Shown: positions 14,270 to 27,812 of the stretch, one piece after another
Position numbering within the stretch: position 1 is the first letter of the stretch
Layout: each line of letters starts with the position of its first letter
Assembly (NCBI GenBank): GCA_028534125.1
Contig: CM052816.1
Span: 39,620,001-39,684,000 of the forward strand
Direction of reading: 5' to 3'
Source of the DNA: Lama glama
Lineage: Eukaryota
DNA length: 64,000 nt
Translations under genes and position numbers: made by a program
Notes under the pieces: generated by a model
Seen by the model: the letters and a program-made list of their open reading frames with translations, nothing else
Told to the model about the DNA's origin: nothing
Databases searched by the model: none

Positions 14270-16660
14270 ATTATGAAATATTTATGCCTCCCTATAATGA
14301 TTACTTTGGGTGATCCCTTCCTAAACCTTATCTGAGTTTGACCATGTAATTTGTTTTGGCCTTTTGGACAATGGGTCAATATCAAACATGACAAAAGAGG
14401 AGAAACTTGAAAAGTATTTCCAGATTGTTACTCCTGGGATAGCATAATGTATATTGAAAGATATATGGCCCCGTTGGCCTCATTGCCCATGTTGATAGCC
14501 AGTCAGCCCCGCAGAGCAGTGCTTTCCAAACAACCAACCTTTGACTGCAGATGTACGAGAAAGCACATCCAACACCAGCAGAAGTACCACCTAGCTGAGT
14601 CCAAACCAAATTGATGACCCACAGAATTATGAGCTCAGTAATTCTTGAATTGCTGGATATTAGGTTTTCATATGAAAGCTTTACTTATTAGTAAAGAAAA
14701 AATTGTTGAGGAAATTGTCTTGGAAGCAAGAAAAATGGCAACTTGTGTGAGTCTGTAACAAACAACAGGCAAAATTGTCACTTGTGATATTTTGGAATCT
14801 CAAAAAAGTACCTAAAACTTTTTGAGTTTGGTTAAAAAGGATGTTGAAAAGATCTGTTAGATACTCCTAACTGTATAAAATAAAGCATTATAACAGGTTA
14901 AGCCAAAGAGGGAACCATTTAATACACAAGCAGTATTTAGAGGGACAGGTGGCTGTATTACAAAATCATCCTGCTCAGCTTACACATGATTTTCAAAGGA
15001 AATGCAGTCCGAGGAGAAGTTTTCAGGCAAGAATAAGGTTGTAAAAACCATAAACTTCTGTTCAAACTTCTAAACTATTTAAGTCAGTGCTTAGTAGACA
15101 CTATAAACTACACCAGGGTTTCTCAACCTCAGCACTATTGACATTTGGGACCAGATAATTCTTCACTGTGGGGAGCGTCTTGTGCCCTGAAAGAGGTTTA
15201 AGAATATCCCTGGCCTTTACCCAGTAGATGACAGAACACCACCCTCACTCCAATTGTGACAACCAAAAAATGTCTCTAGACATCTTCAAATGTCTCCTGA
15301 AGAGCAAAAGCAGCCCCATGGAGAGCCGTTAAGTCTGACGAAAGAGATTCTGACGATCTTTATGACATTTTCCACAGAAGCCTCAAATGCCCAGAGTAGA
15401 GACAGGCCTGTCTCAAAAAGAACTGTTGGTGTATCTTTGGTTGAATAGAATGGGCCAACATCAGATGCATAGAAATTCCACAAATTTTTTAGAGACCACA
15501 TTATTATTAACAAATGACCACACCAAATTAGACAAAACTGGAATGATTGCTCAAGTTGCCAAAAGACTTCTGAGCCTTTCTAAGGGCAAGTAGCAGGCTA
15601 TAAAAAGCTACTACACTACAAGCACAGACTATTTTTCAAATAAAAGAAAAAAATGTATGAGCAGGTCAATCCAAGAGTCCAGGGAGAAGAGCTGAGAACA
15701 ATGGAAAATAATGGACTGGAGAGTCACACCTTGGAAGCAGAACCGGGTCCTCCCAAAGGAACATTCTCTGCTCCCAATGTGAGGGCCTTGGCAACAGGCC
15801 CCTTTCGAGACCCCAGAAAAGTCACACATCAACAGAGTGTCACGTGCCTCTTGTTTCCTCCCCCTTTCAGAGGATCTCTTGTGACTATCGCATTCCTAGC
15901 TCACTGTCAAGCGCTGAATGTGAGAACAGATAACTTCACTTTTTACTTTATAGATTTCTGAATCAACAATAACTATATCAAAGGATCCCCATGAAATATG
16001 ATTGCAGGTTTTGTGGTCTTGGGTTTTTAAGTTATCCCATGAGATATCCAGTGAGATACCTGGATGATGAGTCCGATTATCGAACGAGACTTCTAGGAGT
16101 CCTGGTAAGAAATGAATGTGATTTGCATTGTGAAGGGAGTGAAGCATTAAGGTCTCAGGGTGGACTGTGGTGGAGAACGTTTAAGTATGGTTCTTCACTA
16201 ATTCATGCCTTGCCTCCTCATGGCCTCTGGTCATCTCCTTTAACACTGAATCTGTCTGAGGTCTAGCCATATGGCTTATTTTGGCCAACAGCACAATAGT
16301 GAATCTACTCAATGTAAACAGATGATTGAAAAGAGCCCATCTATTGGGGCTTGTCCTCTCTTGATGCTCTCTGACCTTCTACATTTCCACCTTGTTCAGA
16401 TGCCTGGACTAGCCTACTGGCTTAAGGGAGACAAGTGACTGTGGCCACTCTCATCTCAGCTGATGAGTCAAGCCCCCAGAGTAGAAGCAACTCAGAAGCG
16501 GAAGCAGCAGCTAAACATAGAAGCATGAGTGAACCTAGCCAAGACCAGCAGAATCGCCTGGCTTGTCCCAAGTGAAACTGCTAGCCCATATACAAAATTG
16601 TGAGCAAAATAAGTGGTCGCTGTATTAAGCCAGTAAATCATGGGGTCGTTTGTAATATAC
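14270..16660 (+). mobile_element. Near full-length MLT1 MaLR element (LTR-internal-LTR), old; boundaries approximate
   Basis: Two similar MLT1 LTR-like segments (~14270-14650 and ~16166-16660) flank an MLT-int-like interior. Confidence 0.6.
15114..15330 (+). mobile_element. MER20 nested in the MLT1 internal region
   Basis: cagggtttctcaacctcagcactattgacattt...ttgtgacaaccaaaaaatgtctctagaca. Confidence 0.85.
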
Positions 16661-18470
16661 GCCTCAAACAATTATCCCCAGAAAAATGTGTTGCTAGTTG
16701 TAATTCATGTTAAAAATACTGTAAGAATGTTAGATTTCCATACCCCACATTTCCTTTTCACTGTGCTTGCACAAAGCCTACCATAGTGGGTCCTCAATCC
16801 ATCTTCATGAAGAGAAGGTAATTGCAATCAGCCTGTAATTGGTTTAGATAGTGGCATCACATTTTTAGCTACCAAATTGTTTTTTTTTTGATGACTTGGA
16901 AAAATATTTCACCTTCAGATCAGTCCTCTTTTAATTTCAAATGATTCAGTGTCTCCCTTTCCTTTCATCCAGTTCTAAGGGAGTCTTTGTGGTTAAAGCA
17001 AGATTCTGTCAAAATCCTCACAAACTAAGATCAATATGATGATTTACGAGCAGTTGCTATTTTCCTTTAAAAAATATTCTTAATGATGAGGATGCCCCTT
17101 ATTAATAAGGTTATAGAGACAGAGCTTATTTGCATAACCATACTAAAATGGGGCTAGAGAGGGCAGCTCTTCAACCCCATGTGTGAGGAAAATCGAAAAT
17201 AGCAATATGCTCAATAGGCTATGTGCATGGTCTAATCACAGGGCTCTGCATGTCACTTTATTAATTAACATATAAATAGCTGCTATTTAAATCTCTGTCT
17301 TTGAATGAATCACTGTAAGACACATCAACTAGATATTCCTATTAATGAGATGGCATTGCACAATATAACAGAAAATGGGTATCTCTATTAGGACACTTGG
17401 AAACTGGAGGAAATGATGAAGAGGGTGGCAGATGTCTTCATCAGACAAAGAGCCATTTGACAGGCACCCAGATCCACTGACCTAGATACCGCTGGGGAGT
17501 GGGAAGTGAGCCAGAAGGGTGTGGGGGACACAGAGGTATATGTACTATCTATTTTTTAAAACTTTAAAAAAATTCTTTCTATTTTATTGAAGTACAGTCA
17601 ATTACAATGTGTATTACCTATTATGAAAATATTTTCTTACTGCTTTTTTATGGTTTGATGGGGTTCTTTTCACAACAGATCCCGGGCAGTGTCATTTCAT
17701 TTAAAGACAGGGCTGCACCTTACAGAATGGGAAAGAAGTTATGCGTGGTCCCTATTATCTCTCATTAAAAATGAAATCATTTCTGCCTCCCATTGAAAAA
17801 TAGCTTGTTAGACATTGTTCTGGCCTATTAAATATCAAGTAATATAATTTTGCAGCATATGATATGTTTATATACTGTATATAATTTCCTATATATAATA
17901 TATATGTGCTCTATATACATGAAAAATAATTTTCTTGACTAAAAATTATTTCCTAGTCAACAATAAAAATGTAATATCTGACAAAATTTCTGTACTGAAA
18001 AGTGAAGAGAAACAAATACTGGCATGCCCCTATTTAAATGAAATTAGAACATTTAGTTAAAAATTATTACTCAGGTGTGTTATTTTTATAGGTCTTTTCA
18101 GTTAAAAAATTAAATTGTATGTAGCTTTATCACATGGGTTAAATACATGATTTCATATATTGAGATCCTTTATGACCTTACATAAATAATCCTTTCTAAT
18201 ACTATATATAATTTTATAAAAGAATAATATTTTATTTCACAGCAATAGTTGCATATAGACGTTTCCTATATATATGGGTACTACATATCTTAGATTTTCT
18301 TTAAGAACTCTCATTTCAAGTATTTCCTGCATTCTTTAGTAGGTCATTAAGCCTAGTATCCACCAATACTGCTTAATCTGCTTAATAAAAATTGCCTAAT
18401 AAAAGCCTTATCATTAGAGAATAAAACCTTTTTAATAATTAGAAAGTGATATACTGAAAATCCTCCTTAC

Positions 18471-20537
18471 AATTAAATCAGTTTTTGCAGGTTCTTTGAG
18501 AACCATAAATCCCACAGTGGTTAAGTGAGTGCAGTGAAGTGGGTACAGGTGTAAATATTTTTGGACTATATGATGTTGACTTATCTTTAGTTTCGGTGTG
18601 CATTTTTTCATCATAAAGTCTTTTAAAATGAGAGATTCCTTTATCATTCTTTTGCCATTGAGATTTAATTCAGATTTCAATGACTAAATCATTCACCATC
18701 ATTTCAATTGGCAATGAACCCATATCATTTTATATTGTATCAAGCTATTTTTCAGTGTCAATGCCTAATCTTTCACAGGAGATTAAATGACACATGTTCA
18801 TTTAAAAAAAGGCTCCCAATATTTATTCCATTAGTATATGTAGGTCCATTTTTAACCTGTTGATTGCAGAACTGGATTTGATTATATGCAACATTGCTTC
18901 TGACTCAGATATTCAGATTCTAGGTATTTAAGTTTAAAAAATATTTTATATCTCAAGAATGTAATGATAATTCTAAAAACCTACTGATATAAACTTTTTT
19001 AATTTCATCTAAGGCAATTTCTGTGTTTTTCATTTATAATGGCTTCTCCTGTAATACTCTCTACCCTTGTAACAATTTTTAGTTTTATATCTGTCAAGTA
19101 ATTATGTCTTCTTTATTCTTTCAAAAATATGTAAGAACTTTCATACTCCCCAATAACTCTGTATCTAAATATTTGCATGGATATGCTTAGCTACAGCAGT
19201 AAATGTGAACTTATTTCTTCTTTATTTCATATGTCATAAATCAAAATACGTAGAAAAAAAAGAATAGCTTAGAGTAGATTTTCATCATCCCACCAATAAA
19301 TACTTCATCATCACTTTTTTTTCACTGGTTGAATCAAAAGATATTACAGCAATGTTTTGAATATATCATGTAACAGTTTAAACATATTCATCACTTAAAT
19401 TACACATTAATATCTTTCTCTCAACACACATATAACACAAATGCCATCACTGTTTACAACTTACTGATAGGGCAACATGCCGAAAGTGGTTGAATGACTT
19501 TCTGCAGACCATGCTCTTGAGCCTACGTTCTGAACCACTGCTGGGTAATAAGTTAACTTCAGGATATCTAGCCAACAACAAGTTTCCTGAAATTGTATTT
19601 CCCAGAATTTGTTAATTTACTGCACTGGACTTAATTACTGAAGATACCTGTTGTTGCGAATTTGTCATTTCTCATTTCTCACTGCTGTTTCCTTCACATG
19701 TGAACAATAAATTGTATTCATATCTGACTCAGTGTGAATTATTTCACCTAAATTAGATACAGTTTAGATATCTTCACAGTATTGCTACAAATGATAAAAT
19801 ATCAGCTATCAGTTTCTACATTGAGTATAAAAATTTCACTGGAGTTAAACAGTCCCAACAAACCCTCTTTTAAATGCAAAACATTTCAGTGCTGTTGTTA
19901 GTTGTCTAATATTCTGATAGATTCAAAACTGGACACACTGGAGGAAGTTTAACATGGAACAAAAAGTCTTTGGTGTCCTGTGCGTGTGTACATCTGTACA
20001 AAAATTAGTGACAAATCCTAGGCAGAAATATCTAAATGTAGCCTACCAGTCATGTCTCTAAAATCAGGGAGCTCGTTTTTGAGAGTCTTGTGCTGAAGTG
20101 CGCCATGATTTACAGCTCACCAGAGCCTCCAGCAGTGCTACATAAATACTTCATGAAATATTGTATTGAGAGCATTAGCATTCTGAGATTCAGCAGAAAT
20201 TATTTATATGCGTTGCCATTTGGTAACCAATTTTTGTCAGTAAATATGGAGATATGAAGAACTCATATGTTTTGTTTATAGTTGAGAAGTCTTGCTCGGG
20301 AATTTACTATAAGCTGAGGCTTTCCCTGCTGAGATTCTATTAAGTCTTCATTGCAATAAAAGCAATTTTTTTAATATCACAGGATTAGTATCATTAGGAA
20401 ATGCTGCATGTTTTGCAATTTGAGTTTGTTCTAGGGCATCTTTTACAAATCTTCAGTAAACTTTAAGAAGCTGACTTTCCATGGGCCAAACATACATTTC
20501 CTTTCTTCACCCAACCACAGGAAACACAGAAGAAAAC
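18471..20537 (-). pseudogene. Candidate giant (~2.07 kb) decayed exon beginning FSSVFPVVG*RKEMYVWPMESQLLKVY*RFVKDALEQ
   Basis: ttttcgtcttctccgaatctcacttacacag| acceptor in phase 2, att|gtaagg donor at 18470. Interior has no recognisable repeat, is A-rich on the minus strand, and holds broken S/N/K/E-rich frames. 5' end better supported than the full extent. Confidence 0.5.
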
Positions 20538-21503
20538 CTGTGTAAGTGAGATTCGGAGAAGACGAAAACTATCATTCCAAATAAACACAAGCACCACCTT
20601 CAGACTATTTAACATTTAATTTAAAAAATATTTATATATAAAATACAGAAATAGATGCTTTATAATGTTTCTACTGTCTTTAATCCTTTGAGCACATCAC
20701 ATTTCTCAATTAACACCAATTTTAAGTCATTACATTGCATCACGACTTTAGGGTGAATTAGATGAAGAAAGATGGCCTGTTCTATCTCTATTGTCAAATA
20801 ATTCCTCTGGTCCAAGCAACAAGCCTAGTGCCAGAAATACAAAAATGAGACACTGTGTGGTGCCTGCCATTGCAGTACTTTTAACTTAGTAGGGAAGCAA
20901 AAAAAAAAGTGCACATCATACTACAAGGTATTGAAAAGTAACTGGTATGACAGATTAACAGAGTGATACTACAGACAACAAGGAAGATTGCTGTTGAGTA
21001 AGAAAACCAGAAATTGCTTCACAAATTAAGTTAATAATGCTAATATCCAGAAACCTCTAACGTACACCTAGCTTAAAATGTTTAGGGCAAAGATAATTCT
21101 ATCCACGATATCAGAGTAAACATACGTGAACTTTTTTCCTGTTTCAATGTATTATTTTAATACACATCCTTCTACACTCTTTTCCTGATTCTAAGGATCT
21201 GTGGGAACGACAGAGGACATGTTCTAAGTGTTACATTTGTTAGTGATTTAAATTTATGTTTAAATTTGTCATCACCTTTATACTTTGGAAACTGACATAA
21301 GATGTTTTAAAAGTGCTGACTCAAAATTTTTCTGTTATAATTCACTACTTTAATTCCCTCTTCTCTGAAGCATTATATATGCACTTAACAAGACAGATTA
21401 ATATGCCTTTAAGTCTAAATCCCTGAAGATATTAAAGCATAACCCATTTCTCCATTCTTTCTTTCATATCAGTTCATAGACGAGAAGATCATTTAACAGA
21501 CAC

Positions 21504-21566
21504 CTATGTATGCACATGCCCCTGATCCTTTGATGTGACTGTGAGCCTACAAGGTAGATCCGAAAC
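21504..21566 (-). pseudogene. Exon remnant (63 nt, phase 2>2, open) FRIYLVGSQSHQRIRGMCIH
   Basis: ctaatgattccctcag| acceptor, tag|gtgtct donor; phase fits both neighbours. Confidence 0.6.
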
Positions 21567-23022
21567 CTGAGGGAATCATTAGTTGGTTTGTCTGGTTTGT
21601 TTTTTTATTTTTGAAACTGATATGCCCACCCTCCACTACATAAAGAGAATTTCTGTGCTAGCTTCATCCTGCCAGTACATGAACATCAATAAGAACAAAA
21701 TCACATTCTTGTTCTTAAAAGCAAACAAACATGAAACTAAGAACAATCAGCCAAATAAAAAACATATAAAACCCCTTCTTATTTCTGGGTTTATTGTTAT
21801 ATATTTTCGCTCAGTTAACTTTCTTGGATCAATAGGTCATAGACTGAAAACAGTTTATGAACTTATTGAACTACTATACTTAAGGCCCTCATCCAAAAAT
21901 TCAAATCTTGTTATCTTTATTAGGGAGAGTTGCAGATAAAGATCTCTCAAAAGTAAGGTCTCCGTGGAACATGACTTATCTCTTTTTTATGAAGGACCTA
22001 AAGACAGAATATCTGAAATTCCAAGCTGCTTTGATGTGGAAATCTCTGCACATAAGAAACATATCAGAATCATGACTGAAAACTACTATCGATCACTTGT
22101 GTGGGAAACCTGAGCAAAGCACCCATCATCTTTCAGTGTCTTCTGTAAGAATTAGGAATTATATAGAACCTAGAATCTCAAGGAAACTAGACACACCATC
22201 CATGTGTAGAATTTACTTATTTATGTACTTATTTGTGATTTCGTGTACAACACAGGTGTTTGAAAGACATCATTCCAGTGGTTGGAATGTGGAGTATCCC
22301 ACTAGGAAGTAATAATGGAATGAGGAATAAAGATAAATATAAGCATTCCCAGGCACACTGCCATGCTTGGGTGATTTGTTTTGGTACCAATTTCATTTCG
22401 TTCCTACAAAAAGAAAAAAAGAAAACCCTTCTAAACCTCTGGATATTTACATTTTTCTTCTAAGATCATAAAGGCAATAAACATGCTTACAGTGGTTTCT
22501 AGACTTGGTGCTAAAAGCTGTGATTTAGGAAACAATCAACATTTAAATGGGGAAAATTAGAACATAAAATAACCTGTCGTCACATAAATTATTTTTATGA
22601 TGTACTACTGTAGCTATGTTATGCATAGGCACGTTCTCATTTAAAACTAGGTCGCTTGAATTTTGTTTATGCCTTGACAATATGCATGCTTTTTCCCCCT
22701 GCTATAAAAAGGTCCTAAATGCTTTCTGCATATTCTATAAGCACATCCTACAGAGCTTTTAGTAATAAAGCACTGACTTAAAGGTTAGAAGAGTTACTAT
22801 AAATTTGTGACTGTGCCCCACTCTGAGCGCCTCTGCTTCCATGGCCTCGAGGCACTTAATTTGTCAGGACCAATACCGTGGACTGACAGATGACTGTCTA
22901 CTCTAGACTAATTCAGGGGCACAATACTGCAATGCTGATGCGTGTTCAACGTTACTGCTGTTGAATAACGGGATAGCTTACAGTTTACTGACATAATAGT
23001 CTAGTAACTTTCTTTTTCTTAC

Positions 23023-23168
23023 CCTGGTATATTTTAAATGTAACAGAATTTGTGAATACGTCCCCAATTAAAATTCCAGTGGCATCATTTCCTGTTTCCT
23101 ACATTGGTAGCTACCGGATCAAAAACATAATTCTGGCCCCATTTATGCCTTCTTATCAAAAAAGCTAT
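23023..23168 (-). pseudogene. Exon remnant (146 nt, phase 0>2, 2 stops) IAFLIRRHKWGQNYVFDPVATNVGNRK*CHWNFNWGRIHKFCYI*NIP
   Basis: ttcctaatgaactgttcag| and agg|gtaaga. Confidence 0.65.
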
Positions 23169-24017
23169 CTGAACAGTTCATTAGGAAAAAAACTAGTGTC
23201 TTTGACAGAATAACTTTAGATCTAGTGATTATAGGTATGTTTAAAGTGGGGGTGGACTATTTACAGAAAGTCTCTCAGTGAGAATGATAAAACAGGGTGG
23301 GGTACTGCTATTCTGAGATTATCAAATAGCGTGGGGATTAAAGTAGAGATGGCCCGTTGAGAACAAATGTTCTATACTCTTCAGCTGGCCAAGTTGCACA
23401 TATGGTTTAAACTGTTCTCTGCCATTTTCTTCCTCTGCCTTTCCTTCCATCCTGAATATGCAAATTCAAAGTGTGGATGCTGAATCTTAAAAATTATACA
23501 ACCTTCTCACTTAGCCTAAACTGATTTTAGCATAAAAATTCTTCAGTCATATTCACAAAATTGACTCTGTGAAGCTTGAGAGATATCCGCGTCAAAAACT
23601 TGCTTTTTTCCCTAGTCCCCTCCGTTGGTGTGTGTGTTTTTTTTTCCTTCTCTTGGGAAACTATTGCATTGCCAAGAAAAATCTGCCTTTACCCTTGCAA
23701 GTGCACCATTCTCTCCTCTGCTAGGGTAGCACCTGTCAATAATAGCTCATGTGTCTCCAGCACTTTCCAATTTAAGAAGTGATCCCAGCGCCTCAACTGA
23801 TGTGCATGACCATCCCTATGGCAGGTAAAATGCTAGTATCTCTCTGCAGGTGGGGAAGCTGAGGTCCAGATTAGTCAGTGAGTGATACAGCTGAAACTAG
23901 AACTCATATCTAGTTTGTTTGTCCATGACACCTACCCTGTGCTCAGGCAAGCTCTAGAATGGAAGTCAGAAAAATGTGTTCTCAGAGAAACTTTGTTGGT
24001 GCAGTACTTGTGCAAAA

Positions 24018-24019
<2 letters not shown>

Positions 24020-24058
<39 letters not shown>
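24020..24058. repeat. (GT)n microsatellite
   Basis: Uninterrupted GT run; shorter ones occur near 28277, 37654 and 52976. Confidence 0.95.
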
Positions 24059-24059
<1 letters not shown>

Positions 24060-24321
24060 ATGCACATGTATGCACACCTACAAATAAAAAGAAAATGCAA
24101 TGCAGCTCCTGCCCTAGTGAGCAGAGACCCAGCCTAGTCGAGGCAAAGCCAGGTCAACCAGGAGAGCAGGAGGTCCCCGACAGCCTCCCAGAAGAGGGGC
24201 GGCCCTTCCCCCCGCCCACGCTGCATGCCCACCCCTGCTCCTAGCCACTCCACCAGCACGTCCTTGTACCCCACCACACTCAGCTTCTAAAGTTGCTTAG
24301 ATCCTCCTTTCCGCATCTTAC

Positions 24322-24437
24322 CACGATAAAAATAAACTCGTTCTCAGTTTCTGTACTGCAAAATCTTGTCAGTGGTTCTGTCAGGTAGACAGCTTCTCTC
24401 ATATCTGCCTTTTCATTTTGAAAGAAGTATGTCATTT
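24322..24437 (-). pseudogene. Exon remnant (116 nt, phase 1>0, open) MTYFFQNEKADMREAVYLTEPLTRFCSTETENEFIFIV; acceptor mutated AG>AA
   Basis: ccttttgtttatattttcAA| where CAG is expected (position 24438), gtg|gtaaga donor, 38 open codons. Confidence 0.65.
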
Positions 24438-24821
24438 TTGAAAATATAAACAAAAGGATATAGGAACAAAACTAAATTTCTGAACTTAGAAAAATAAGAT
24501 TTTACCATAATGAGATTCCCATCATAGAGCTGAGGAGCAAAGGTTTAGGTCCAAATTAGGGATGCGGACACTCCTTGTGTTTCAGCCACTGAGTTTTTCT
24601 TAAATTATACCCCTTTGAGTTCCTATTTCTTTTTTCTGTGTACATCTTTGATGTTTTGAAAGACTTAGTGTAATGCTGCGGTTTTGGAACACAACATAAT
24701 TGATAGGTTATCAGTATAAACAAATCCACATTAATGCAAAGTTAGAAATATGTTACAAATGAGTGTGCTCAAATTTGTTTTCTCGGATGTGACTGGCAAC
24801 TGCTCTTAAGGAACAACTCAC

Positions 24822-25004
24822 TATTTCCTCTTTCAAGAGACTCATGACAGTTGAGCAGCAATCCGGAATGAATAAACCCACGGGTGGTGAACGGTCTCAC
24901 ACATCCCAACAGAAAATAATTGCAGCATCCGTTTCTAAAATCTGTAGCAAAGCTTCTGAACAGATTCTCTCAAACTCTATTACCGCATATACTCAATATG
25001 GATT
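24822..25004 (-). pseudogene. Exon remnant (183 nt, phase 1>1, 1 TGA) SILSICGNRV*ENLFRSFATDFRNGCCNYFLLGCVRPFTTRGFIHSGLLLNCHESLERGN
   Basis: atttcatctttatag| and aata|gtgagt; phase fits both neighbours. Confidence 0.7.
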
Positions 25005-26277
25005 CTATAAAGATGAAATATCACAACTCACTTTTGCTAAATTCAATGTAGACTTTAAATTTTCAATCAAACAACTGCCTTGATTATAAATATAAAACTA
25101 AAAACAATCAAGAATACCTCAAACGTCTCCATGTATCATGCAGCAACTATACGTCAATGAAATAAAGTATTTTAATTCCATCATTTTGGAGGACAAGGTA
25201 ACTGCTGAGTTTGAGTACTCTGCAATTTCACAATTTGACATCAACTCTTATTCTTTATGCACTTCAAATAACTCACAAAAAATTATTTTAAAAATAAACA
25301 GGCAAAGGTAAAGCAGTATTTATACAGAGAAATTTTCCAATAGCTATTGATATTTCACATCAGATCTTGAAAGATAAAATACAAGAACCTGCTGTCTGTG
25401 ATTTCTGAAATATCTTATTGCATCATCAGCAATACTATGGTTGGTTAAGAACAGTAGAAAGTACTTATGGCAGGTGTTCAGACTTTTCTAGAATGTTGAG
25501 TGTTATGGCTTAAGATTTTAAAGATCTCAACAATTAGAAGTATTTTATTTTTTACTTTGTCAATGTACAAAGAGAATGTCAGAATTATGCCAGATAGAAA
25601 TCAAACTGACTTTTTGTAAATCAATATGAATGCCGTTAATCAGAGCATTCATTTTAATTAAATATGTATCATTTTAATTTACAATAAGTATATATTATAT
25701 AGTATATATTTTATACATATAATTTAAAACATATAATGCATATGATATTAACCATTGTTTTCGTTAGAAGTGGCTAATTGCCACAACATGCAATCCATAA
25801 ATTTGGGGGCCAAACATAATAAAATTTTACTATTTTATTTCCTAATTATCTAACGGTCCATCGCAGCTATTCCTGGTTGTACAGCACTCCTTCAAATTGT
25901 CATTTTTTGTCTTGGGCTCTGACAATTTTTATTCTACCCTCCTTTAAGTTTGGAAAGTTATTCACTGAATGGTCAATTAACCAGCCTAAAAAATTAGGAG
26001 TAGGAAGAAATCTGGGGAAAGATCAGGGAGAGAGCCTCAGGGTTCATACTTCTTGTGGATTTACCATGGGAATAGTGTTACGATTTCATTCTAAGCATTC
26101 AATCTCCTTAACGCCCCTTGTCCTACCCCCAGGAGCCCTTCTATGTCTAGTTTTCCCCAGGAATCTCCCTCCTTATTCCAGGAGAAAGAATCATCTGCCC
26201 TTGTCCCTTCCTTCATCTTGAAAATACTGATGCATTGAGTTGTTTTCTTTTTTTGCTAAGGGCAAACAACCATTCAC

Positions 26278-26437
26278 TTAAAAATATTAGTATTCTTCTA
26301 GAGAGGAAGCTCAGTGGAATCACACATAATGTAAACATGTCCATTTTATTAATTTCTTGTACTTGCTCCTTGTGAGAAATTAACCCTGACATCACTTGAG
26401 CATGAGATGATACCTTGATGAGAAGATTCCCATTATC
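26278..26437 (-). pseudogene. Exon remnant (160 nt, phase 0>1, open) DNGNLLIKVSSHAQVMSGLISHKEQVQEINKMDMFTLCVIPLSFLSRRILIFL
   Basis: ctaattgtatacccag| acceptor, ttaa|gtgaat donor; inside ORF 26213-26449. Confidence 0.6.
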
Positions 26438-26719
26438 CTGGGTATACAATTAGATGCAAATATTTTTTAATAATTGGAATGGAAGATCCCATAACCAACC
26501 ACAAATCTTATCTTATTTCCTTACATTTCTGCTTTAATAGAAAGAGAATGAGGAATCTCCATTCATTCTGCCACACTAGTAAAATCTGAAAATTGAGTTG
26601 TTTGTGTTATACAATTGTATATCTGGGTGCTGGGACAGATTAATTGTGTAGAGGACAGACGCTGGAACTAACATGATGTCTCAATATTCTGCTAAAAAAT
26701 GCCAAATATATCTCTCTTT

Positions 26720-27010
26720 TATCAGACATATTTTTTAGAGCAGATTTAGGTTTACAATGAAGTTGAAAGGAGGGTGTATTTCCATACATGTATAGCTTCC
26801 CCATTATCAACACTCCCAGCAGAATGAACCTTTTTTTTTTCTTTAACAAAGAATGAATTTTTTGACACATAAAATTACCCAAAATTTATAGTTTATCTAA
26901 GGGTTCACTCTTGGTGTTGTATATTCAATGGGTTTGGGCAAACACGTATTGACGTATATCTGTGATTATAATATACAAGGTATTTTTCACTGCCCTAAAA
27001 ATCCTCTGTG
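26720..27010 (-). mobile_element. Old L1M 3' UTR fragment
   Basis: tttagagcagatttaggtttaca...gggttcactcttggtgttgtatattc; similar to 45455 onward. Confidence 0.7.
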
Positions 27011-27444
27011 CAATGCCTATCCATTTCTCATCAAATATAATACTCAAATTGATATCCAATATGTATTTCTCACACAATACACAGCCTGGGTCTTTATAGT
27101 ACTGTTGTTGCTTTTTATCAAAATAAAGAAAGTGACAATTTCAGGTTCAGAAATGGAGATTAACAATCATAAAGCTCATCTTAACCACCATAGCTCATAA
27201 AGCATTTAGTTATCATTTCCCAATAAATAACCCTCATAAACTGTCAATGAAAAGGTTTGGATACTTCTATTTATCTTAGCCTGAAGAGTTTAAGTTTCTG
27301 TTACCTAATAGTTACATTACTTTAACTGTGATTGGCAGTTTCCATTACTGATGTAGTTTATTTAATCAATTTCTATATGATGGAAGGAAAGAGACCCTTG
27401 AAGAAATCAAATTACTACTTTAAATGGTTTTTATTTTTTGATTA

Positions 27445-27812
27445 AAAAATTTTTTTATTGAAATATAGTTGATTTATTAGGTTTTAAGTGTATAGCAAAG
27501 TGATTCAGTTATAGCTATATATATGTATTCTTTTTCAGATTCTTTTCTACTATAAGTTATTACAAGATGTTGATTATAGTTCCCTGTGCTATACAGTAGG
27601 TCCTTGTTGTTTATATATTTATATGCAATAGTGTGTATCTGTTAGTCCCAAATTCTGAATTCATCCCTCTCCCCAATATCCCCTTTGGTAATCATAATTT
27701 TGTTTTCTATGTCTGAGTCTATTTCTAGTTTATAAATAAGTTCATTTGTATCATTTCTTAAGATTCCACATATAAGTGGTATCATGTGATATTTCTCTTT
27801 GTCTGACTTCCT
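27445..27812 (-). mobile_element. L1 3' end fragment
   Basis: T-rich tail followed by attgaaatatagttgattt...gttccctgtgctatacagtagg...gattccacatataagtg. Confidence 0.85.

Noticed and set aside
20521..20541. Plus-strand 21-nt microexon (ccacag|...|gtaagt)
   Set aside because: Better explained as the antisense of the minus-strand acceptor at 20538, which fits the exon phase chain.
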